IMG/VR virus record: IMGVR_UViG_3300028048_000097
Location: 36,366-100,365 of that record
Source: a virus
Taxonomy: Duplodnaviria > Caudoviricetes
Reading direction: 5' to 3' (one strand)
Length of the DNA stretch: 64,000 nt
Part shown: positions 1-12,400 of the stretch, one piece after another
How positions within the stretch are numbered: the first letter of the stretch is position 1
How the letters are laid out: each line of letters begins with the position of its first letter
Position numbers and translations under genes: made by a program
Notes under the pieces: model-generated
Databases searched by the model: none
Seen by the model: only the letters and a program-made list of their open reading frames with translations
Told to the model about the DNA's origin: nothing

Positions 1-225
1 GATCGTTTAATTGAACTTGCTTGATTTGCAACACAAGGCCCCAAAATGATGTCAGAATTAAGTAAGCATTGGAAGAAACAATTATCGGATCTTAGAGCAG
101 AGAATAAGAAACTTCAAGCTAAATCTGATAAGAATTCTAAGACTAGTACTTTTGTTGTCCCTCCGACTAAAAAAGAAGAACCTAAGACATATCAATCAGC
201 CTGGGACAACTCAGGACTAATATAA
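1..225 (+). CDS. 3' end of gene upstream of MCP (possible scaffold/head assembly protein), partial
   Basis: Frame 1 is open with TGA=Trp: DRLIELAWFATQGPK...SAWDNSGLI*, TAA at 223-225. Function inferred only from position. Confidence 0.6.
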
Positions 226-257
226 TCTAACATTAATTAAATTAATTTAAAATTATT

Positions 258-3104
258 ATGAGAATATCAGGTTTTACAACCACTCGTCCTAATATGCCTG
301 CTACTCGCACGTATCAGGACTTTATGCAATTCTTGGGTGAAAGTGATTTGTGCCCAAGTAAAACCTTGTGAATTGCGGGAAGTCCTCTAGCTCATAATAA
401 TTGGATAACCCGCAGGGAAGCTTTAGTGTAATAGCTAAAGAACCTTCAACGACTAAGCCTTGAAACTAGAAATAGAATATATTAGGTACACGAGCGCAAG
501 GCAGTGTTTTATACTGATGATATAGTCTGAACATATACGATAGTAAAGTATATGAAGTATAAGTTAAACGCTTATATAGAACAAATAGACAAATCCGGCT
601 AGACTTGGTATCGTATCTACTCTTTACGACCAGTATACAGCCACTCACCTTACCGAAGCTCTTATGAATACTTACACGATGGAGCGTGGTAAGAAGGGAT
701 TTCAGTCAATTAATTCTTTTCTTATTGAATGGGATCTTGCAGTAAATAAAATTAAAAGAATTCCAATCATTGCTGCTCCTGTTGGAACCGGCGTTAATGG
801 TTGTGATATTAAATTCTATTTTGGCGAAAACTACTATCAGATGTATGATACGTTTGTGGTAGAAAAGACTCGCCAACAGTTCTTTGTAACTAATATGCCT
901 CAACGTCTTCGTGATAATTGCTGGCTTGTTGTTGCTAAGATTCTTGATAACGATTACGATTCTGTTGTTGATTATTATGGTGCTACGGCAGATGCTATGA
1001 TTGGTCTTCAGACTCGTTTCGTTACAAACTATCATCCAGAAATGCATGATCGTGGCTATGTCAAATATCAGTCGAATGTAGAAAAAATGCGTACACATAT
1101 TTCTACACATCGTTGCGATGTTGATATGTCTGCTATGTATAATGCACTTGAGGATGTATTTATCCAGATCGGTAAAGGTAAAGATGACGATCCTGTTTAT
1201 AAGCTTAATACAGCTGAAAAGGATTGCTTAGATTCTTTCATGGAAGCTCGTAATAATGCACTTCTTTACGGAAAGACTGATGTAGATATTACTGGTAAGC
1301 CTTGACTTTCAATGAGTTACAGGGCCGCATAATGGTGACATTATGTAGAAATCAATCAAATTGCTGGGAAACCTTTAAGCAAATAACACCACAATATATA
1401 TATGATGGTATGACAAGAGTATTTGATTAGGCAATCAGCAGCAAAGGCCACTTTAAGTGGAATGTTCAACGACTAAAAGTTTGAAATCTTATGTATAAAT
1501 ATATAGTTTATAAAACGACGAATATAATAAATAATAAAATTTACGTAGGTGTTCACAGAACAAACGTAGATATTAATGATGGATATATAGGTTGTGGATT
1601 ATACAATTCGGAAAAAAGTCTTAAACAGTTTAAAAAGTATAAATTTCACAACGCGGTTAAAAAATACGGAGTTTCTAATTTTATACGCGAAACTTTATTT
1701 GAATTTGATGATACTGAAACTGGAAAACGATTAGCTTATAAAAAAGAGGCTGAAATTGTTAATAGAGAGTTTTTAAAGAGACCTGACGTTTATAACACAT
1801 GTTTGGGTGGTAAAGTTCCGTCTTCTACATTAGAAAGAGAGATTGCACAGTATGATTTGGATGGCAATTTTATAAGATCTTACTATTCTATTACATATGC
1901 TTCTCAACTTACAGGAATATCTCATAGTGGTATTCAGGCAGCTTGTGCTAACGAGATAAAGTATTGTAAAAATTTTCAGTGAAAGTATTTTTATGGCGAT
2001 GAAAGTAAAATTGAAGCAGTAACTACTCCAGAAAAAGTAGTATTTCAATTTGACCTTCAAGGTAATTATATTACCTATTATAAAAATTTATCAGATGCGG
2101 AACAAAATACAGGTATTAGCAAAAAAGGTATTTGTGATGTTTGTCTTAAAAAAAGGAGATCTTTTCATGGATACTACTGAAGTTACCAAAAAAAATTTGA
2201 GTATAAACCAAGAGATACTCAAGGTACAGCGGTAGCATGCTATACTGACAATGGTATTTTTGTTAAATCATATTCATCATTAACAGATGCAGCACAGCAA
2301 TTAAATATACCTATATCATGTTTAAGTAGAACTTTAGCGGGATATAGAAAACATTGTGCTAAATATAGATGGCGTTATTTTTATGGTAACACTTCTAATA
2401 TAGAGTCGTTATAAGATTAAGATATAGTCTGCTCTTTATAGAAATATAAAGCTAACAATAGGAAAATATATGATGAAATTGGGAGACCAATTATTACCGG
2501 TGATGGTGTTATTGCTCAGATCGAGCGTTTTGCTACAAAGTTTGTATTTAACAAAATGAATGTTAATTACTTTGAGAAGGCTCTCCAGACAATGATAGCT
2601 AAGTCAGAAAAAGCTCAGGGTAATTCTTATGTAATTCTTGCTAATTCTGCATTCTATCATGATTGGCAGAGAGTAATGTCAGCTTGGATTGGTGATAAGA
2701 AGACTGATGGTGCATTCCTTTACTCTAAAGGTTCTAACGGTTATATGAATCTTGGTGCTACATATGAAGGCTATACATATGGTGGTAACAGCATTATTGT
2801 TAAGATTGAGAGATCTCTTGATGTTGAATTCCCTACTCGTGAATACGCATTAATGCTTGACCTTACAGCAGATGCTTCTACTGGCAAGCCCGCGATTGCT
2901 TACTTTACATTTAAAGGTGGTGATTTTATTCATAACTACATTAATGGAGTTGGTGGTTCTACTGGTTTAGCTTCTGGTGAAGTTTCTAGCCCTATTGCTG
3001 CTCGTAAGCTTATTAACTGGGGTTATGCTGGTGTCGGCGTATTTAATCCTTATCGTTCTGTAATCCTTATGTCTGAGGAAAACAGAGATAGTTTCTGGGT
3101 TTAA
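258..3104 (+). CDS. Major capsid protein, crAss-like, 3 exons: 258-338, 589-1302, 2463-3104 (478 aa spliced)
   Basis: Exons join in frame: MRISGFTTTRPNMP...FLG|TNPARLGIVSTLY...HISTHRCDVDMS...TGKP|KIYDEIGRPIITGDGVIAQIE. The GRPIxxGDGxIxQ signature and position at the head of the structural block fit a crAss-like MCP. A terminator follows. Confidence 0.88.
339..588 (+). mobile_element. Group I intron 1 in MCP (250 nt, no endonuclease)
   Basis: P1: exon CUUGGGU pairs with intron GCCCAAG, with U-G at the splice site. P10: GAUUUGU pairs with exon 2 ACAAAUC. Core elements P AAUUGCGGGAA, Q AACCCGCAG, R UUCAACGACUA, S GAUAUAGUCU. Terminal G588. Splicing restores the frame. Confidence 0.93.
1303..2462 (+). 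mobile_element. Group I intron 2 in MCP, carrying a GIY-YIG homing endonuclease
   Basis: Exon ends in U (CCT); intron ends in G2462. Core elements P AAUUGCUGGGAA, Q AAUCAGCAG, R UUCAACGACUA (~1465), S AAGAUAUAGUCU (~2419). The ORF lies between R and S. Confidence 0.92.
1491..2414 (+). CDS. Intron-encoded GIY-YIG homing endonuclease with NUMOD1-like repeats (307 aa, code 4)
   Basis: YIVYKTTN...IYVGVH, YN..LGG, and three (Q/C)(Y/F)(D/T)xxG.F repeats. Reads through TGA to TAA 2412-2414. Confidence 0.88.
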
Positions 3105-3126
3105 TATTTAAAATTTAGAATTATAT

Positions 3127-3170
3127 AAATCTCTCCCCTATCCCCCTAATATTATAGGGGAGAGATTTTT
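3127..3170 (+). terminator. Rho-independent terminator after MCP
   Basis: AAATCTCTCCCCTAT / ATAGGGGAGAGATTT inverted repeat followed by a T-run. Confidence 0.8.
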
Positions 3171-3198
3171 ATATTTATAGTTTATTAAGATAAGTTAT

Positions 3199-4044
3199 AT
3201 GGCAGATAAAATTATACTCCGTAATGTATACGGAAAGATGAAGGAAATTCATATTCAGCCTGGCCGTCAGCAAAATGGAAATAGATGGCCTTTTGTAAAA
3301 CCTGTTAGATACGACTCAATGGGTAATTCTGAAATGATTTTAAGTACAGATGAATTAAATGATCCTATGAGAGAATATTTTATTCCTGAGGATATGGATA
3401 TTATTCTTACAGATGGTAAGGTTTTTGATCTTACTAATCCTCTTGAAAAGAATGTTTGGGAGTCTATTCAATATTCTGATTTAATTGCTCCTACTCGTGG
3501 TTCTAGAGATAAAAACGGTAATCTTTATATTGATGGTAACAAGTACCGTTATGGTACTGCTGAATTTTATGTAGAAATTCCTGGTGAGGAATCTGCAAGA
3601 ACTGTCAAAAAGAGACAGAAAATTACTGAAGCTTGGACATTGATTGGCCAGGATTCTGAATCTGGTAGATTAACTAAATGTAAGCTTCTTGGTAAGATTA
3701 TGTTAAATGCTCCTGCAACCGATGTTACCGATTGGTTGTATAATAGAGCACAAGATAATCCAGAGGAAGTTATTGAACTTTATAAAGGCAGTGATGCTGG
3801 TTTGAAACTTCTTCAGATTGATGCAAAGGAAAGAGGTATTATTGTAAAGAAAGACGGTATGTACATGTATGGTGAAACTATTCTTGGTGCAACTGATTCT
3901 GCTGTACTACTATTCTTTAAGGATCCTCAAAATCAGAGAATTCTTCAGTTTATTAAAGATGAAACCTATCCTGAATATGCATCTAAAGTAGATCCTGTTC
4001 CAACGATAACAGAACCTGCTAAAAAGACTACTTCGAAAAAGTAA
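3199..4044 (+). CDS. Conserved crAss-like virion/head-associated protein immediately downstream of MCP
   Basis: Uninterrupted 281 aa ORF. Function inferred from synteny. Confidence 0.6.
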   Translation: MADKIILRNVYGKMKEIHIQPGRQQNGNRWPFVKPVRYDSMGNSEMILSTDELNDPMREYFIPEDMDIILTDGKVFDLTNPLEKNVWESIQYSDLIAPTRGSRDKNGNLYIDGNKYRYGTAEFYVEIPGEESARTVKKRQKITEAWTLIGQDSESGRLTKCKLLGKIMLNAPATDVTDWLYNRAQDNPEEVIELYKGSDAGLKLLQIDAKERGIIVKKDGMYMYGETILGATDSAVLLFFKDPQNQRILQFIKDETYPEYASKVDPVPTITEPAKKTTSKK

Positions 4045-4099
4045 TAAAATAAAATATAGAGATTGGATATAATCCTCATAACTTAAATTTTATAACTAC

Positions 4100-5086
4100 A
4101 TGACTTCCAGAGAGTTATATGAATATGCTCTTATTGAGTTAAATAAATTAGAAGCGCCTAGTCTTTTACTTGAGGATTATAATTATTTTATAAACAAGGC
4201 GGTTCAGCAATATATCAATTTGATATATGCAAAACTTGAACTTGACCAGCAAAGTGTAGACGATTTACGTGTACTTAAAACTTCTACAATACTTACTCCA
4301 GAAAAACTTACAGATAGCGTAGTTGGATCTACTGGAATTGTTAATAATAGTCTTATGGGTAATTTTTATTATGCGAATTTACCAAAAGATTATTTACATC
4401 TTATTAACTGTATTGTAGAATATAAAGTGCAAAAGTCAAATTTTAAATGCTATGATAAAGATGACAGTGTTTATTTTGCTGCAAGAAGATTAACTTCTGA
4501 TATGTATGCACAAATTATAAACAATGCTTATCTAAGACCTACTTATAAACGTCCTTATTATTATTTAAATAATATTAATCAACAAAATCAAATAGTTACA
4601 GATAGTACTAATGATACTATGATTTTAAATTATAATAAAGGAAGCCATACTGATTCTATAGAAGGAACTACAGATAGTACTGTACCTAGCGGCACTAATT
4701 GGGATACTGACAACAGCAAATATATTGATTCTAATTTAGTTGATGCTTATAATACAGCTGGTGATAGGTTAGCAAATCCTGGTTTAGTACGATTAGAACT
4801 TCGTTTTGGTAGAGACGATAGTATTTTTAAACCTGTTAGACTTTATGTAGATTACGTCAAAGCTCCTATGTATATTAGACTTACACAAGAGCAAATTGAT
4901 TCTACACTTGATTACTCTCAAGTTCTTGAATTTCCAGATTATGTCTGCTTTGAAATTGTAAACATCTTTACTAGATTATTAATGGAAAACGCTAGTGATC
5001 CTAGATTACAAACAAATATGCCTATTAATAATACTATTGCTAATCCTGTTTTACAACAGCAAGCAGCTGCACAAAATAATAAATAG
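4100..5086 (+). CDS. Putative head-tail connector/ring protein
   Basis: 328 aa ORF. N-terminal MT..EL......ELNK...P.LL.EDYNYFINKA and LP.DYLH motifs resemble crAss ring proteins. Confidence 0.6.
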   Translation: MTSRELYEYALIELNKLEAPSLLLEDYNYFINKAVQQYINLIYAKLELDQQSVDDLRVLKTSTILTPEKLTDSVVGSTGIVNNSLMGNFYYANLPKDYLHLINCIVEYKVQKSNFKCYDKDDSVYFAARRLTSDMYAQIINNAYLRPTYKRPYYYLNNINQQNQIVTDSTNDTMILNYNKGSHTDSIEGTTDSTVPSGTNWDTDNSKYIDSNLVDAYNTAGDRLANPGLVRLELRFGRDDSIFKPVRLYVDYVKAPMYIRLTQEQIDSTLDYSQVLEFPDYVCFEIVNIFTRLLMENASDPRLQTNMPINNTIANPVLQQQAAAQNNK

Positions 5087-5096
5087 AAAATAAATT

Positions 5097-5993
5097 ATGT
5101 TTAATTATATTAAAGACACAATTATTAACGATGTTGCTAATACAATCGTTGTTGATAGCGCTACCAGCACTGTAGTTGTTAAACGTGGTGGTAACTATAA
5201 TGTTGATAACATTATAGATAAGAAGATTTTTAAAACTGTGGGTAATACTGGTGTAAATGCAGTTCTTAGTGTTCCTTTTGTCGCTGTTCCTTCTGGTTCA
5301 GATTATCGTCACTATGCTATCTTTGTTTCCACTCCTAGCCAGCAGCTTTCCGACTATGCTTTTGCTAATTGGGCCGAATTTGGTAAACCTATTCTTTTTG
5401 AATCTGCTGCTAAGAATGTAAATGATCTTGCTAATACATTTAAGCTTATGCTTCAGCCTGATAACGCAATGTATACTGTTAGTGTTAGTGGTTCTAATGT
5501 TATTCTTACTTTCAAAGAAAGTTGGATGCATGTTTCTGAAGCTAAGGTTTATAATCATATAATTGCAACAGATACACTTGAAGAGGATACGACTAACGCT
5601 CCTACAGTAACGACTGAAAATAAGACTGAATTTGGTACAGCTAAATGGATTGTTGAAAATCTTCGCTTCCCTAGCTATCCTAACCTTCGTTACAACCATC
5701 TTTATGCTGATGAATCTCCTGTCGCTGGTACGGTTTATGATCAGTATACATTTAAATATGGTGTAAAACACTATATTGATGGCGGTCTTTCTGGTGTTGG
5801 TCAGAATGTTGATTCTATTACCACTCATGTATTCTATGTGCCTCATGCTCAAGTTTCTACATTTGAAGGTAAATGGAGTGGTTGCGACTTTGTTCCAATC
5901 GCAAGAAAGGATGAAGTTTCTAGCATGAATGTTTATGCTAATGATATGGCTTCTGCCGCATCTGCTGCTGTTGAAGCTGCTGCAGAACCGTAA
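5097..5993 (+). CDS. Putative structural protein (possible auxiliary capsid protein)
   Basis: 298 aa beta-rich ORF with MCP-like codon usage and no TGA. Followed by a terminator. Confidence 0.5.
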   Translation: MFNYIKDTIINDVANTIVVDSATSTVVVKRGGNYNVDNIIDKKIFKTVGNTGVNAVLSVPFVAVPSGSDYRHYAIFVSTPSQQLSDYAFANWAEFGKPILFESAAKNVNDLANTFKLMLQPDNAMYTVSVSGSNVILTFKESWMHVSEAKVYNHIIATDTLEEDTTNAPTVTTENKTEFGTAKWIVENLRFPSYPNLRYNHLYADESPVAGTVYDQYTFKYGVKHYIDGGLSGVGQNVDSITTHVFYVPHAQVSTFEGKWSGCDFVPIARKDEVSSMNVYANDMASAASAAVEAAAEP

Positions 5994-6010
5994 TAAATTT
6001 AAAATATTAG

Positions 6011-6056
6011 AAAAAGAGCGAGTGAGAGATTAAATCTCGCCCGCTCTTTTTTTATT
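6011..6056 (+). terminator. Rho-independent terminator
   Basis: AAAAAGAGCGAGTGAGA...TCTCGCCCGCTCTTTTTTT hairpin with T-run. Confidence 0.8.
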
Positions 6057-6073
6057 TAAATACGCATATAATT

Positions 6074-6739
6074 ATGACAATAAATCAAATCGCATCTGTA
6101 GTATTTAATGATCTTTTTGGAGGTTCTATGATTCCACCTTCAAATAGATCTTTACTATCGCTAGAACAATTAGAAGACGAAGCTATAGAGATGCGTAAGT
6201 CTGTAATTAAAGAATTCTATCATCGCAACATGCTTTCTTTTAACGATATTGCTTATGCGATAAATTGCATAGAAATCGATTGCGATGATATGAATCGTTG
6301 TCCATGTAAATCACTTCCTGGAAAAATTGCTCAACATTTTGAAATTCCAAAATTACTTGATGCTCTTGGAAATGATGCCATCATATTTATTGGTAGTGTT
6401 GATAGAGTTGTATCATATAGAATTTATAATAGTTTAGCTGCTGCAAATTATCAAGCTTTTAAAAAACGTCATGCAGATGAACCTTATGTATTTATTGATA
6501 AAACTCCAAATAAAAATGGAATGATTGATGGGTGAATAATGAACGCTCCATTTGTTAAATATATATCTGTAGTTGGGATATTTGATGATCCTAGAAAATT
6601 AGAAGCTTTTAACTGCTGTCAATCTGATGGATATTTAGAGATGGGGTCTTTAAGTCAAGAAATTATAAGACGGATGTTGGTTAATAAAACCCAACTTTAT
6701 CGTAATATTGCTCCTCCTGCATCTCAATTAACATCATAG
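6074..6739 (+). CDS. Putative ring/tail adaptor protein (221 aa, code 4)
   Basis: Track ORFs 6074-6535 and 6539-6739 are in one frame, joined by TGA (IDGWIMNAP). Confidence 0.6.
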
Positions 6740-6740
6740 T

Positions 6741-7436
6741 ATGAGTAAATTATATAATTTAAAATCAGTGTACTCTCATGTCAAAACTTTATATGACATT
6801 GAACCAGATACACAAGAATTTGAGGATTTAGCATTAGTAGCCTGAAATCTTATTGGAAACAAACATACAAGATTATATAGATATATTGGCGACACAAAAG
6901 ATAGAACTCTTGAGTTGCCTTGTAATGTTGAACATATAGAATCTGTACATATTCCAATTGAGGATGCACAAATGACATCTAGTAAAGATATTTATTATGA
7001 TATAGATTCTTTATTTATTGAACATTATATCAATGCATGAAAGTGACATGATGATCCATTTTATCATAAAGGTAAATTAGTAAAATATAAAGAAGGAGAC
7101 GATAAACTTTATTTTACTAGAGATTATCGTAAAGTGGTTGTTATTTATCATGGAATTTTTGCAGATGAGGATGAAGGCTTACCGCTAATAAATGATAAAG
7201 AAATGAATGCTATTGCAGCTTATATAGCATATGTTACTTTATTTAAAGAAGGTTTAAGAAAACGTGATAAATCAACTTTAGAGTTAGCTAATGTGTTAAA
7301 AGAAGATTGATTAAGAAAGTGTAATTCTGCTAGAATAGTCGAACATATTAGCCAGAATGAAATGAATGCGATCCTTGATGTAAAATCACGTTGAGATCGA
7401 AAAAATTATAATTTTAGCTTCAAACCTATATTATAA
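6741..7436 (+). CDS. Putative tail tubular/ring protein (231 aa, code 4; missing from the track)
   Basis: MSKLYNLKSVY...LELPCNVEHIESV...GLPLINDKE...FSFKPIL*, with 5 in-frame TGA. Confidence 0.65.
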
Positions 7437-8405
7437 TGACTGGTTATATATACATATGTACCTGTATTACTACCAATAAAAGTTATATTGGACAAACAAG
7501 GCAATCTTTTTCTAAAAGAAAAAATGAGCATTTACGCCATTATAATAATAAAAACTATCCTAATTATAATTGTAAGTTCTATAGAGCTCTTAGAAAATAT
7601 AGTAAAGAAAATTTTTATTGAAGTGTATTAAAAATTGTAGAGAGTACAACGATAAAAAATCTTATTGACGAACTTAATTACTGAGAAATTTATTATATTG
7701 ATAAATTTAATAGTTATAAAAACGGATATAATATGACTTTCGGTGGGGATACTTCTAAAAAGATTTATAAAAAAATAAATGTATATGATAAGAACGGGGT
7801 ATTTATAAAGACTTTTGATAATATTGTAGAGGCATCAAACGAATATAATATTTGTAAAAGTACAATATGATCAAATTGCAATAGAGTAAGTACTTTTGTA
7901 AAATGAAATAATACAAGACTTATTTTTAGATGGGCTGATAATGGAATTTGTGATTCAGATTTAAATCGTTTAATAAGCGTAAATTATCAAAAAGAAATAT
8001 CTATGTATTCTATAGATGGAGTTAAACTAGGTACTTTCTCTAGTTCAAAAGAAATTTCTCAGAAATTTAATATAAGTTGCAGTAAAGTTACTAAAAATTG
8101 TAGAAGATTAATTTCATTTGTTCAAATAAACTCTGATAAATATATTTTTAGATATATTGATGATACTATTACAGAAGAAGATTTGGCTAAAGCAAGAAAT
8201 GTAAAAAGTATGCCTAAAGTATCAGTAATAGCTATTGATTCTATCACAAATGAAATAATTGGAGAATTTGTAACTCAAAAAGAAGCTGGAAGAATATTAG
8301 GCGTAATTGCGCATAATATAAGTGAAGTTTGTTCCGGAAAAAGAAAATCGGCTGGGAAGTATAATAATCATCCGATTATTTGAAAACGTAAACCTATATT
8401 ATAAT
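7422..8405 (+). repeat. 16-bp direct repeat AAACCTATATTATAAT flanking the HEG (7422-7437 and 8390-8405)
   Basis: Exact match at both ends. Both the upstream gene and the HEG end in KPIL*. Confidence 0.9.
7436..8404 (+). CDS. Free-standing GIY-YIG homing endonuclease with NUMOD1-like repeats (322 aa, code 4)
   Basis: GYIYICTC...SYIGQT, EIYYIDKFNSYKNGYNMTFGG, and C-terminal ISEVCSGKRKSAG. Confidence 0.88.
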
Positions 8406-8852
8406 ATGTCATATATTAAAACTGATTTCTGTTTTACATCATACGATATTTTTAGTACTTTTAATTTAAAGCAATTAAAGATTAAAAGAACTGTTGTACA
8501 AGATAAATACGGATGTAATAAAAAGCAACGTTTTTGTGCATTAGTTTTTACATATTGCTGTTATTTAATAGTTTTGGATATTATCCAAAATAATGCTACC
8601 TTTGTATTACCATTGTTTAATCATAAATATGCTAGTATTTTTGTTAAGCCTATTACTGGCGAGACATTAAAATTTGCAAGACAACATGGTGCGTTTAGAG
8701 ATTTAGATTTATTAATGACCAACTTTACAGGATATCAAATGATATATTCTTGAGAAACAGGTGGCCGTTATAAAGAAAAACCAATCTATATTAATAAACG
8801 ATTTAAAGACGTATTATATAAATATGCGAATGAAGGTAAACAGTATTATTAA
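8406..8852 (+). CDS. Hypothetical protein (possible crAss IHF/HU-like; 148 aa, code 4)
   Basis: ATG 8406, reads through TGA 8751, ends TAA overlapping the next ATG. Basic. IHF-like call is from synteny only. Confidence 0.5.
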
Positions 8853-9400
8853 TGGAAATTAAGCGTGTTGAAGATTATTACGATAAAATAAAAGAGAAAT
8901 TTCCTGATTTAGAAATGTGAGAAATTGAAAAAATTCTAAATCATGGGTTTCAGTCGATGTTTACACTAAATAATAATGGTGCAGATGTTATGCTTAAATC
9001 TCAAAAAGGATTTTTAATGTATTTTGGTAGACTTTTTAATAATAAAGATTTGTGATGAAAATATAGAAACATTAAATCTAGAATTAAATTCAGAATCAAA
9101 TATCTTGCAAAAAAACCTGTATGAGATGGGATTTATTATTTTGGATTAACTGAAGAAGAATATAATACATTAATACCTAAGAAAAAAGGTAGATATAAGA
9201 ATAAAATCACATTTCCAAAATTAAGAATATATAAAATCAAAGAAGAAGCTTGCTTGTTATATAATATTAAATATTTGTTTAAATTAACAGGCGAAGAAGA
9301 TCAGGGTTTATCAAATACTCTGAGTAATTTTTCAACACGAAATATAGAACTTATTGAAATAAAAGATAAAAATGGTAAAATGCAAAAAGTAAATGGCTAG
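8852..9400 (+). CDS. Hypothetical basic protein (possible IHF/HU-like; 182 aa, code 4)
   Basis: MEIKRVEDYYDKIKEKFPDLEMWEIEKIL..., several TGA, ends TAG 9398-9400. Confidence 0.55.
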
Positions 9401-12400
9401 AAGAGAAGCAGTAAATACATTCACTGATGGTATGATCAGTGATTTAAATCCAATAAACACTCCAAATACAGTTTTAACGGATTGTTTAAATGGAACTCTG
9501 ATTACTTATGATGGAAACGAATATACTTTACAAAATGATAAGGGAAATTTTCCATTAAAAGATTGTAAATTACAAGAAAATTATATACCGGTTGGAGTAA
9601 GGGAATACGGTGATATATTATATATAGTATCGTATAATCCTATAACTAAACATGTACAGATAGGTTCGTATCCTTCTCCAGAAACAATTTTTGACGAATT
9701 TGATATTAATGGTTTAATCCCAGACAATAATTTAAATTATGACAATGTTAATTCTATATGAGATAGAATTATAAATTCGATAAAGTATTCAGAATTAACG
9801 GAAGATCTTGAAAATTTAAAATTATTCTATGGACCTATTCCAGAAAATTATAAAATAAATCCTGGTGACAAATATAAACTTGAATTAACGGGCCTTCCTA
9901 ATAGTGCAAACGGATTAGATTTAGGAACTTTTGAAGGATTTGAATTTTATATTTTTGATGAAAATCGTAAACCTTATGATATTACAAAAAATATAGAAAT
10001 AAATACACAGGAACATACATATACTAGTTGAAAAGTTCCTGGATATATGGCTACAAAATTACGTTTTGCACAAATTGACGATTTTAAAGTAAATATACGA
10101 AAAGTAATCGTACCTACTTATACTATTACTGGACAAAGCGCACTTAAAGAATTATCATTAAATTTTCAATATTTTATTTCTGATTATTTATATAATAATC
10201 ATGTTGTTAAAACAATAGGATCTTTAAAATTATTAATTGAAATACGAAGAAATGGTTCCGCTCTTCCGTCTATAGTAAGTGAAAATAGTAATAATTCTCC
10301 TATACAAATAGTTGATCTTAAAAACGGAACATATTGTTATTATATTGACTGGACTTTACCTAATACAGATGATTATAAATGTGATTCTGATGATAAATTG
10401 GAATTGGTAGTTACGCCATTTGTAGAGTTAAATCAGAAAATAGTATATTATGATAAATTTAAAAGAACATTAACTTTTGACTTAGCGCAAAAAGGTGATG
10501 TCAATGATTTTGATATTGGAGAAGGTATTTGAAGATATACCGTTGACGACAAATTAATTTTATATTTTGATACTTCTGGGGTGCAGGAAACTTCCGTATT
10601 TGCACAAGACGTAGAACTACAATATAAAATTACTAGAATTTCTAATAATACTGATATTGGAGATTGAAGATCTATATATGATTGAAATGTAGTTGGTGAT
10701 ACAATATTAAAAATTGATTTTGACCCTTGAACCGGTGTATTTGATACTACTAAATTTTATGCTGAAGATTATTATCAAATATCGTTTAGATTTATTGATC
10801 CCGAATCCAATGGTTTGCTACGTCAAGATTTAATAACTAAAAGTTTATTAGCTACAGAATTATTAAACGGTAGTTCTTCAAAGCATTATGATAAAGTTTA
10901 TTTTGATGAATGAATAAATAATTATCCAGACCATATTAAAAATAAACATATTAGTGTGGCAGCCGAAATTGATCCAAATAGTGTTATTACTGACGAAGAT
11001 GCAAAATATGATAATAATTATACAACTTGATATTATAATTCAGAACTTAACAAATATCCTACTTATATTAATAGTACTTTAATAAATTCTGAAAATGGAA
11101 TTCCTGATTTTAATATTTCTTCAGAATTAAAATTTGAAACTAATATTACATATAATTCGGACATTGAAGTATTGAAAGGTCCTCTTTGAACTAATTTAAA
11201 TAGTATATTAAACTATACAAATACAAAATCAGCATTAATAAACACTACTACTGGTAAAATACAACAATCCGATGTAAATATTTTGGACTCCAGAATAAAC
11301 TCTCTTAAGAAAACATTAAACTATAAGCTCATACAACAAGGCGGTCCTGGAAAAATTGTAGCAATTGAAGAAGGTCCTGTTAAAAAATCAGGTCCTACTG
11401 ATATAATTATTACAGCAAATGGTATTTATGAAGATGATATATCTCCAAATGGTAAACCAGAACCTGATTTAGAAGTAACTATTAATGATGGATCTCAAAA
11501 AGATATTTATATTAATAAAACAACTTCATTTAACAATAGTACTGTATCGAAATTATTAAATAAATTAAATACAAACGATGTATTATTTTGTAAGCTAGAT
11601 ATACCATCTCAAACACTTGGTGATGATAGTAGACCTTCTGAGAATCACAATGTATTAAAATTCAAAATAGGAGAAGGGCTATCTGATGGATTTACATATG
11701 CTTCTGCTACTGGAGATACAACTTCTTCTACATATTATGCTGTTTTTAAATATCCTGGTGAAACAGCTTCTAGTGGAGGAAGACGAACAGAACAATCAAA
11801 ACTACTATTTGTTAGAGTTGGTAATTTAACTACATCTGGAGATACAGTTACATCAACGTTTTCTGATTCTGGAAGTGCACACACATTGTTTAATAATTGA
11901 GTTTCTAGAATAAAACATTATAAAGGATTGGGTTATTCTGTTATTGGAAATTTTTATAAAGCTGAACAGGCAACACCTTCTACAAAAATTCCAACTATTA
12001 GTATTGAAACTTATCCAGAATTAACATTTGATAGTTGAACGTTTAATAACCACAATATGTTTAACTCTTTAGATAGAAGTTCTATTAGTAGTATTGATAA
12101 TTTTTTCAAATTATCTTCTACAGAAAAAGAAATATTATTACTATCTGGAATAAAATTAGATAAAAATGTTGTAGAACTTCAATATGATGGTAACACCGAT
12201 ACTATAGATGCTGTATTAGCACAAGTTCAACAAAAAATTAATGATAGGAATAGTTTGGTAGAACAAAATATTGTTTCTTGGCGTGAAGATACATTTGTTC
12301 AAGCTCATTCTGATGAAGACAGTGAATATTTAGATGAATTTTCTTATGAAACTACTTCTTTAAATAGTAATGACGTACCATTATTAGCAATGTTGAATAA

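Noticed and set aside
8322-8405. GTG start at 8322
   Set aside because: It overlaps the HEG C-terminus. ATG 8406 directly after the HEG stop is more plausible.
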